Assembly: GCA_046754465.1 (NCBI GenBank)
Contig: JBHHVU010000076.1
Span: 1-12,269, forward strand
Reading direction: 5' to 3'
Source of the DNA: Nitrospinaceae bacterium
GTDB taxonomy: Bacteria; Nitrospinota; Nitrospinia; Nitrospinales; VA-1
Length of the DNA: 12,269 nucleotides
Part shown: piece by piece, positions 1 through 5,740 of the stretch
How the letters are laid out: every line of letters starts with the position of its first letter
Numbering within the stretch: the stretch's first letter is position 1
Translations under genes and position numbers: made by a program
The notes under the pieces: model-generated
Databases searched by the model: none
The model's input: the letters and a program-made list of their open reading frames with translations, nothing else
Told to the model about the DNA's origin: nothing

Positions 1-55
1 CCGTAAGCCCGGTGGTGTGGGAGGACGGTGGGGGTAACTCCGCCTCCTACCCGAT
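1..55 (+). mobile_element. 3' end of a group II intron, class IIC (3' half of domain V, domain VI, terminal AT); the rest lies upstream of the window
   Basis: CCGGTGGTGTGGGAGGACGGTGGGGGTAACTCCGCCTCCTACCCGAT matches the characteristic IIC ending CGGTGGTGTG(A/G)GAGG...CCTCCTAC(C/T)CGAT. DVI hairpin with the probable branch A at ~49; terminal AY at 54-55. Confidence 0.9.
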
Positions 56-56
56 T

Positions 57-169
57 GGGCGGCCCCCGGGAAGGGAGATGGGCCCAGTCTCAATCGCCTA
101 TCGATCGGGGTTCGCCAAATAAAGTATGACCATACTGCCAGCGGCGGTTCGCCGTCGGCCGAGGCGCTC
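57..169 (+). repeat. Dispersed ~110 bp intergenic repeat, copy A
   Basis: CGCCAAATAAAGTATGACCATACTGCCAGCGGCGGTTCGCCG is near-identical to the reverse complement of ~2062-2103. GGGCCCAGTCTCAATCGCCTATC is near-identical to the reverse complement of ~3328-3350. Confidence 0.85.
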
Positions 170-278
170 ACACGGCTATCATAGCGCGGTTATTATTCGG
201 CTCATGCACAGCGAGTCGAGCCTTTACCCTAAAATTTTTTGAACTCCAACCCTCTTTTTTTCATCTAACAGAGGACCA

Positions 279-1073
279 TTGGATTCTCAAGACAACGGGA
301 GTGATTTTTCCATGTCAGAAACATTTGCCAAAAATATAGAATGCATCCTTTGCCAGGAAACCTATTCCCCTGTGATCGAGCCGGAATCGGGAAAAAGCGG
401 GTATAAAGTGCATTGCTCCTCGTGCAGCCAGTGGATTCCCATCACCCGGGGTGACCCGGTTCGAGTGACCCTGCGCGAGGTTTTGGGTGTGCGCGGGGAG
501 GCCCTGGCTCTGGCCGTTCAAAGTGTTCTGTTCCCCTGTGCCTGTGGCAGCAAATTCAACCACGATGCCGGAAAACGCTGCCCCAGTTGCATCAAGAAAA
601 TCGAATGGGAAAACAGGCGGGTGCAAAATGATAAAAATGAAGAATTTCATTGTCCCTGGGACCTCGAGGAATTGAAAAAACTCGAGCCCAAAATCTTCCA
701 GTACATCTTCCAGAAAATGGATTCCAAGGCCGAAACCCTGACCCAACTGATCCAAAAGTTCGAGGCGGGAGAGATCGATGCCGAAACTTACATGGAAGCG
801 CTGGAATCCCTGCAACTGCGTGAATCCACACAAATCTGCGCCATCCAGACCTGGGCCATGATCCTCGGACCCGATCTGGCCTTCCGGGCCGCGGAAGAGC
901 ACGGACTCGTGGAAAAATACGGGACGCGGATTCTGGTCACCATTGCCGACGGACTCGCCATAAGCACCGGTCATTCGGTTCTCGCTACCCTGAGCCGGGA
1001 AAAAACCAATTGGGATGGGGTTGTGCAAAAAGAATTGCGGACTTTTCTCTCTAAAATTGGAGGCGGGTTTTAA
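279..1073 (+). CDS. Hypothetical protein with N-terminal Cys-rich putative Zn-binding region and helical C-terminal region
   Basis: 264 aa ORF. TTG start preceded by AGAGGA (alternative ATG at 312). Motifs CILC, CSSC, CAC..H and CPSC. Confidence 0.8.
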   Translation: MDSQDNGSDFSMSETFAKNIECILCQETYSPVIEPESGKSGYKVHCSSCSQWIPITRGDPVRVTLREVLGVRGEALALAVQSVLFPCACGSKFNHDAGKRCPSCIKKIEWENRRVQNDKNEEFHCPWDLEELKKLEPKIFQYIFQKMDSKAETLTQLIQKFEAGEIDAETYMEALESLQLRESTQICAIQTWAMILGPDLAFRAAEEHGLVEKYGTRILVTIADGLAISTGHSVLATLSREKTNWDGVVQKELRTFLSKIGGGF

Positions 1074-1181
1074 GTGCCTGGTTTTTATTTGTTTATCTCC
1101 TGGAAAAAATATTGAATCCTTTTCTCCATGGAAAGAATCTTAATTTAATAGGGAAAAATCACAGTCAGCCTACTCGTTAGG

Positions 1182-1210
1182 AAGCGTCCCTTTGGGGGCG
1201 CTTTTTTTTT
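1182..1210 (+). terminator. Rho-independent terminator downstream of the Cys-rich gene
   Basis: AAGCGTCCC-loop-GGGGCGCTT hairpin running into a T9 tract. Confidence 0.8.
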
Positions 1211-1362
1211 GCACTTGTGTCGGAAATAGAGGAAAATTATCCACCTAACCCGCATTATTGCATGAATCGAATTATTACCGTGCCGTTAAACCCGTGTGAA
1301 ACCCTCACCTCCATTCATGGTGGCCTGACCCGGCGGATTCCTAAAAAAAGGCCAATATCCGG

Positions 1363-1391
1363 TTGCACCGCCAAATAAGGGTTGCTATGTT
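1363..1391 (+). promoter_or_regulatory. Putative sigma70 promoter of the DUF4177-like gene
   Basis: TTGCAC-17 bp-TATGTT with extended -10 TG, ~36 nt before the ATG at 1428. Confidence 0.5.
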
Positions 1392-1427
1392 ATCAACGTT
1401 GGTTTTCCGGCCCCCAAGGGACAATCC

Positions 1428-1646
1428 ATGGCGAATGTATTTGAAAAATACCAGTGGAATTATAAAATTCTGAAAGAACCCATTCCCACGTCGGAAGGGG
1501 AAATCGAGGAACTGGAAAAAAAACTTTCCGATCTGGGAAGCAGATATTGGGAAGTGGTTTCCATCAACCACCTGGAAAATTCGCCCCATATGCTGATCTA
1601 CCTGAAAAGCACCAAATGGCGGACCGTCGTCTCACAAGATCATTGA
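1428..1646 (+). CDS. Small DUF4177-like protein
   Basis: 72 aa with SD-like AAGGGA. The pattern WNYKIL...LEKKLSDLGSRYWEVVSI...IYLK resembles DUF4177 (WEYK..LN.LG.eGWElV). Confidence 0.75.
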   Translation: MANVFEKYQWNYKILKEPIPTSEGEIEELEKKLSDLGSRYWEVVSINHLENSPHMLIYLKSTKWRTVVSQDH

Positions 1647-1754
1647 CCCCGGGCCACGCCCGGTGGGAAGAGGTCAGGTCCGCCAAGGCACTTGGCCGCT
1701 GTTCTGCATATAACACATGTCAAAACCACCAGCGGCGGTTCGCCGCCCGGGAGG
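1647..1754 (+). repeat. Dispersed intergenic repeat, copy B
   Basis: Starts directly after the stop codon with CCGGGC-CAC-GCCCGG-TGGGA and ends CATATAACACATGTC...CCAGCGGCGGTTCGCCGCCCGGGAGG. The middle is divergent. Confidence 0.8.
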
Positions 1755-1776
1755 AGAGGGATCTCCTGTTTTTTTT
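1752..1776 (+). terminator. Rho-independent terminator after the DUF4177-like gene and repeat B
   Basis: AGGAGA-GGGA-TCTCCT followed by G and T8. Confidence 0.65.
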
Positions 1777-1788
1777 CGCAAAAGCTTT

Positions 1789-1815
1789 TTGACTTTTTGA
1801 CGATTTTGGTACATT
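1789..1815 (+). promoter_or_regulatory. Putative promoter of an orphan small transcript
   Basis: TTGACT (1789-1794) and extended -10 TGgTACATT (1807-1815). The 15 bp spacer is short. Confidence 0.4.
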
Positions 1816-1821
1816 CTGACT

Positions 1822-2014
1822 GGGTTGAGGAAGCGTTAGGGACGCCAGGGGAGTCTTTAACTGCTAGATTCACCCCCTGAACAGAAGGAGGTGATCCCTT
1901 GTCTAGTCATAGAATAAGGGGAGCTTCCGGAGGAATTTGCTGATCGCAAGTACCCGGAAGCTCCTGACTCTTGAAAAAGGCTCCGCCCAGTGAAAGGGCG
2001 GGGCCTTTTGTTTT
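1822..2014 (+). ncRNA. Candidate small RNA / sORF transcript with extended Shine-Dalgarno
   Basis: Lies between a promoter-like site and a strong terminator, with no long credible ORF. Hairpins at 1846-1879 and 1920-1964. GAAGGAGGTGATCC at 1884-1897. TTG-initiated 14-codon ORF at 1899-1943. Confidence 0.5.
1975..2014 (+). terminator. Strong, probably bidirectional, intrinsic terminator
   Basis: AAAAGGCTCCGCCC-AGTGAAA-GGGCGGGGCCTTTT-GTTTT, with an A-tract on the left and a T-tract on the right. It could also terminate the convergent AsmA-like gene. Confidence 0.85.
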
Positions 2015-2046
2015 AGGAATTCAAGTACGGATTCAGCCGGGGGGCC

Positions 2047-2159
2047 GAGTACCTCGGGGGGCGGCGAACTGCCGCTGGCAGTGGGGTCATACTTTATATG
2101 GCGGACCAAGGTTGACTGGCGATGATGCTATGCCCCATTCCCTCTGGGCGTGGCCCGGG
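2047..2159 (-). repeat. Dispersed intergenic repeat, copy C
   Basis: Reverse complement reads CCCGGGCCACGCCCAGAGGGAATGGGGCATAGCATCATCGCCAG...TCCGCCATATAAAGTATGACCCCACTGCCAGCGGCAGTTCGCCGCCCCCCGAGGTACTC. Confidence 0.85.
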
Positions 2160-2252
2160 TGGCCTGCCGCCACAGGCCAAATGACATGCGTTAGGCCGGA
2201 CCCAGATCGATAGGCGGTTTAGATGGACCCATTACCCCACCCCGTGGGGGGG
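2160..2252 (-). repeat. Dispersed intergenic repeat, copy D (tandem with C, more diverged)
   Basis: Reverse complement contains ATGGGTCCATCTAAACCGCCTATCGATCTGGG (compare copy A ATGGGCCCAGTCTCAATCGCCTATCGATCGGGG) and TAACGCATGTC. Terminal hairpins CCCC-GTG-GGGG and GGCCTG-N6-CAGGCC. Confidence 0.7.
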
Positions 2253-2304
2253 CGGGGGCCAAGTTTGATGCTCACGCCTTTTTGGGCATCCGCGAATCAA
2301 ACAC

Positions 2305-3120
2305 TCATTTGCCCAATAACTCCTTGACCGCCGACTCGACTTTTTCTGCTCCCTTTTTGATCAGCTCTTGCGTTTCCTTATCGTTGCTTTGCAAAAGGCT
2401 TTCAGCCTTTCCGGTGACTTCCTTCACCGTATCCGTTACCGCCTTACCCAAATCAAGGGTTTTGACCGCATCTCCGGTAAACCGTTTGAGAGTAGCGATG
2501 ATTTGGGCGGCCACCTCCTTGGGGAGAGCCCCGCCCTCCTCCTTACCGATGCCCGTCATGTGCACCACTGGAAGATCCAGGGTCATCGTTTCGTTCTGTC
2601 CGGGAACGGTGACATTGATTTTTCCGCCGCGAATCTCAAGGTTCTCAATCACCAGTTTTTTGCTTTTTTCTTCAGGGCTTATATTACCCCCAGGGGGTTC
2701 GGTTCCGGTGGGTTCTCCCGTCGCCTGGGACCCGATATTTTTTTCCAGGACATCGAGATTGCTGCCCTTTTTCCCCATTTCATAAGTGATCTGTGGACCG
2801 GAAATCGTGATTTCATTAATCACCACCGTATCCTCATTCAAGGTTCCCACATCCAGTTTCATACTCACCTCATCGACCTGGAAAGCGGTTTTGGTCTTGA
2901 ATCCCTTGGGGTTTTCCACCTTCAACCCCCGAAGCTTGCCCTGGCCGCTGGCGAGGGAAATACTGGTGCTCTTCAGGGTCACCTGCGTCTGTGTGGCGTA
3001 GGAACCGTATTTCTCGATAGCCATGGTGACCAGTGAATCGAACGAAAACACCAGAAAAAAGATGACTATCCCCAACAGAACAGCAACCATGGCCAAGGTA
3101 ACTAAAACCGAACGGCTCAT
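2305..3120 (-). CDS. AsmA-like (AsmA/DUF748-type) membrane-anchored protein
   Basis: ATG at 3120 with AGGGG SD gives 271 aa. N-terminal TM helix, then beta-rich segments (LRGLKVENPKGF, VVINEITISGPQITYE, SNLDVL, LVIENLEIRGGKI) typical of short AsmA-family proteins. Confidence 0.8.
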   Translation of the reverse strand: MSRSVLVTLAMVAVLLGIVIFFLVFSFDSLVTMAIEKYGSYATQTQVTLKSTSISLASGQGKLRGLKVENPKGFKTKTAFQVDEVSMKLDVGTLNEDTVVINEITISGPQITYEMGKKGSNLDVLEKNIGSQATGEPTGTEPPGGNISPEEKSKKLVIENLEIRGGKINVTVPGQNETMTLDLPVVHMTGIGKEEGGALPKEVAAQIIATLKRFTGDAVKTLDLGKAVTDTVKEVTGKAESLLQSNDKETQELIKKGAEKVESAVKELLGK

Positions 3121-3265
3121 AAGGAATCCCCTATAGATAAATGGACGGAGAACCACTCCCCGATGCGCTTCCGCCGTTTTCACCCCCGGCAACCCTCAAG
3201 GGTGAAAAATACGCCATCCCGGTGGAATTTGGAACCCATTTTACAGGATTGTCAGGGAATTACAA

Positions 3266-3374
3266 CGCACCGGCGGCCGAGAACCTCGGCGGGCAGATGT
3301 ACAAGCGTTATATGGCGATCCGAGTTTGATAAGCGATTGAGACTGGACCCAACTCCCTCCGGGTGTGGCCCGGG
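3266..3374 (-). repeat. Dispersed intergenic repeat, copy E
   Basis: Reverse complement reads CCCGGGCCACACCCGGAGGGAGTTGGGTCCAGTCTCAATCGCTTATC...TCGCCATATAACGCTTGT...GCCGAGGTTCTCGGC. It begins right after a terminator U-tract. Confidence 0.85.
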
Positions 3375-3375
3375 C

Positions 3376-3409
3376 AAAAAAAAACCCCTCCTGGGCCGGG
3401 AGGGGTTTT
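3376..3409 (-). terminator. Rho-independent terminator (minus strand)
   Basis: On the minus strand, AAAACCCCTCC-loop-GGAGGGG followed by T9. Confidence 0.85.
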
Positions 3410-3543
3410 CCGTGGGAAGAGTCGCGCAAATTTAAGATTAACTATGCATTCCCACATAAGTTGGGAATCCTGTGTGGATTCAGGACTGCCCAACTGTACT
3501 TAAGAAAGAAAAAGGTTTATTTTCGGTACCCGCGAAAAAAAAT

Positions 3544-3807
3544 TTAACCACCCAATTCGATTTCAGTTCCGCCGCCGCGACCTTTTTTACCGCCGCCTTT
3601 GCCGTTTCCCTTTTTTCCACCTTTGCCGCCGGTTTTCCCACCTTTTGGACCTTTATCTCCGGGAGCATCATCCGCGCCTCTTTTTTTAACGATCTTGAAA
3701 TCCGAAGTGGGACCATTGAACTTCACGCTGGCAAACGCGGTGGAACCCAGCACCATCGAGAAAGCAAAAGCGAATGCGACCGCACAAACAAAAAATTTCT
3801 TTTTCAT
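3544..3807 (-). CDS. Small secreted Gly/Lys-rich low-complexity protein
   Basis: 87 aa. MKKK plus hydrophobic core plus AFA cleavage site (Sec signal), then KRGADDAPGD and GGK repeats. AAGGA upstream and a terminator downstream. Confidence 0.75.
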   Translation of the reverse strand: MKKKFFVCAVAFAFAFSMVLGSTAFASVKFNGPTSDFKIVKKRGADDAPGDKGPKGGKTGGKGGKKGNGKGGGKKGRGGGTEIELGG

Positions 3808-3884
3808 TGCCTATTTCCTTTCTTGGTTGAAGCCCCCTTCACCAAAAATTCCTGCTTATCATAATCAGTCACCCGAATAAAGGG

Positions 3885-3922
3885 TAGGACACGTCTCACA
3901 AATTCTTGTGATCCAAATCACA
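3885..3922. promoter_or_regulatory. CRP/FNR-family binding sites (one perfect, one degenerate)
   Basis: TGTGA-TCCAAA-TCACA at 3907-3922 is an exact CRP consensus. TAGGA-CACGTC-TCACA at 3885-3900. Minus-strand -10 TATGAT at 3858-3863. Confidence 0.65.
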
Positions 3923-4086
3923 CGGGAATTCTTTAGTTTCGGCCTGTTCAGAGCCTTCCTTCCGCCGTTGGAGAATTTTTCAAAATATTATGCTACGATC
4001 AAAGCTGGACCCGAACCCTTTCTCTAGCTTCCTTCTGGAAAACAAAGGGTTATCCTTCTTTCATTCCGTTTCCAGTGAGGTGGGCA

Positions 4087-4632
4087 ATGATGCGTTTTCG
4101 TTTTGTAAAGTGGGGGGGAATTTTTTTGGCCGTTTTGGTCTCCGTGACAATGTTCATTGGGATTACATTCGGGGATGCGGATCCCGAAAAAATCCGTGAC
4201 ATCAAAAAGCTTCTCGCCGTCTCGGGAATTCAGGAGCAGTTGTCTTACATGAAGGAGGGGGTGCTGAACTCCTATTCCCGAATGATTGCCGTGAACTACC
4301 CCAAAATCCCCGACGCCTTCTGGAAGGAGTTTAATCAATTGGTCGGCGACAAGGAAATGAACGCGCTGGTTGACGTGGTGGTCCCGGTTTACGACAAACA
4401 TATGTCGCATGAGGTGATCCAAAAACTGATCAAAATGTTCGAGACGCCTTTCTGGAAAGAGTGGCGGGAAAAGATGCCGGCCATCAGCCGGGAGGCGGGC
4501 GTGGCCGGACAACAATGGACCATGGAGCTTACCCAGTCGGAGGACTTCGCGAAAAAGTTGGATGCCCTGGTCAAAAAATATGAACTCGAAAAACTGAACG
4601 CTGGCCAGAGGGATGCCCCAAAAACCAAATAA
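4087..4632 (+). CDS. DUF2059-like exported protein
   Basis: ATG at 4087 after GAGG, with an N-terminal signal/TM segment. VPVYDKHMSHEVIQKLIKMFETPFW...KMPAISREAGVAGQQW resembles the DUF2059 pattern. Confidence 0.8.
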   Translation: MMRFRFVKWGGIFLAVLVSVTMFIGITFGDADPEKIRDIKKLLAVSGIQEQLSYMKEGVLNSYSRMIAVNYPKIPDAFWKEFNQLVGDKEMNALVDVVVPVYDKHMSHEVIQKLIKMFETPFWKEWREKMPAISREAGVAGQQWTMELTQSEDFAKKLDALVKKYELEKLNAGQRDAPKTK

Positions 4633-4678
4633 TATGCCGCGGCCGAGGCTTCACGGAGGAGATTAAGACTCCGGGCCC

Positions 4679-4882
4679 TTATGGCGGATCATTTTTATTT
4701 GCATTTCTCTTGCACCATGCGTCTTTCAAGCCCATATAAGAAAATATAATGACCCAGCCGATAACGATATAAATGACACTGCGGACGAAATTACCATCCA
4801 TCGCCCCGACCAAAACCCAAAAGATCGAGCCGATGACCCAGAAAATAATAAATATGGTTCGCAGGCCGGTATTTTGTTCCAT
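4679..4882 (-). CDS. Small membrane protein with two predicted TM helices
   Basis: 67 aa with two clearly hydrophobic stretches and a basic tail. It fills an intergenic gap; the SD is weak. Confidence 0.55.
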   Translation of the reverse strand: MEQNTGLRTIFIIFWVIGSIFWVLVGAMDGNFVRSVIYIVIGWVIIFSYMGLKDAWCKRNANKNDPP

Positions 4883-5036
4883 ATCAAAAGCCCTAAAGGC
4901 TCATTCTCCATGATCTGGGTTTTCGCGGGCGCAAGGACTCAAGTGAAACGGATTATAACAGTATTGCGGCTTTGGGGAGACCCTTTTCCAAGCAGGGGCG
5001 CCCTGGCCCGTTCCGTTTCAAATGGCGGAAAAGCTA

Positions 5037-5065
5037 TTGATTTTATGTGTGTTTTTTATTAATAT
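5037..5065 (+). promoter_or_regulatory. Putative sigma70 promoter of the metal efflux operon
   Basis: TTGATT-17 bp-TAATAT in an AT-rich tract ~58 nt upstream of ATG 5123. Confidence 0.45.
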
Positions 5066-5122
5066 AAAATTGATTCCCTAAGAGAATTTTAAAATGGATC
5101 CGACCATAAGGGTTTGGCAACC

Positions 5123-5593
5123 ATGATATCCCTTCTGATCAAGAGGAAATTCCGGCTGTTTTCAGGTTGGCTTGTCGCCTTGGCCTTGCCGGCATTGGTG
5201 TTCCCTCTTTTCCATATTCATGGCAGTGATCAGCACCGCCATCCAGGACAGTTATTTCTTCATGTTCACAAAGCCCATTTCCATTCCGAGTTCTGGGAAG
5301 CTTATGCGCATTTGATTCATGCTCATTCATCCGATCCGGAACAGGATAAACGGTTCCATCATTCCCACTCTTCTCCTCAGCATGATAGGGATGAGATCGA
5401 TTTCTATACCTTTCAAAAAGATGTTCCACCCGTCAAAGCCGCTTTTGTTTCAAAAAGCCTGGATGCCCAGGTTCGTATTGAAATTTCTCGTTCCTTAATT
5501 GGCATCCCCGCCGCATCAGCCGTTTTGGCTTTTGAGCCGCGGAACCGCCCCGGCACACTCTCTTCCCGATCTCCCCCTTTTTTGATTATTTGA
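5123..5593 (+). CDS. His-rich exported/membrane-anchored leader protein with C-terminal RSPP motif (architecture like CzcI or DUF2946 leaders)
   Basis: Basic plus hydrophobic N-terminus, 15 His with repeated HxH, no Cys, ending ...SSRSPPFLII. First gene ahead of the czcCBA-like cluster. Confidence 0.75.
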   Translation: MISLLIKRKFRLFSGWLVALALPALVFPLFHIHGSDQHRHPGQLFLHVHKAHFHSEFWEAYAHLIHAHSSDPEQDKRFHHSHSSPQHDRDEIDFYTFQKDVPPVKAAFVSKSLDAQVRIEISRSLIGIPAASAVLAFEPRNRPGTLSSRSPPFLII

Positions 5594-5740
5594 TTCACCC
5601 CCCATCTTTTTTAGTTTGATCGCCTGAGCCATTTCCATCCGCTCACGGGTTTTCTATTTGGAATGTATTCCTATTCCGGACCCGTTCGGGAGGTATTCAG
5701 GTCCATCATAAAATTCTGGAATCAACTTGAGGTTATTCAC

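Noticed and set aside
1237..1309. DnaA-box-like TTATCCACC and CRP-like TGTGA-N5-TCACC
   Set aside because: A single imperfect DnaA box, and the CRP half-site spacing is wrong.
1884..1897. 16S rRNA gene fragment on the minus strand
   Set aside because: The match is limited to the anti-SD tail; the adjoining sequence does not continue as 16S (no AGCCGCA after GGTGATCC).
1938..1967. Cys-TGA read as Cys-selenocysteine with a SECIS
   Set aside because: The TGA lies in the loop of the hairpin rather than upstream of a SECIS-like stem, and read-through would add only about 8 residues.
1822..2014. 6S RNA or riboswitch
   Set aside because: The length is similar to 6S RNA, but there is no end-to-end rod pairing with a central bubble. 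No recognisable aptamer and no downstream co-oriented gene.
1547..2213. Short ORFs 1547-1792, 1640-1873, 1692-1880, 1903-2109 and 1971-2213
   Set aside because: They run through repeats, terminators and hairpins, lack good SDs and are not protein-like.
3121..3192. N-terminal extension of the AsmA-like ORF to 3192
   Set aside because: ATG 3120 has an SD and places the TM anchor at the N-terminus, as expected for the family.
57..3374. Repeat family as a CRISPR array or integron attC array
   Set aside because: Copies are dispersed, in both orientations and divergent. There is no regular repeat-spacer periodicity, no consistent RYYYAAC...GTTRRRY boxes, and no cas or integrase gene.
4636..4656. 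GCCGCGGCCGAGGCTTCACGG resembling the right end of repeat copy A
   Set aside because: Too short and GC-rich to distinguish from chance; at most a remnant.
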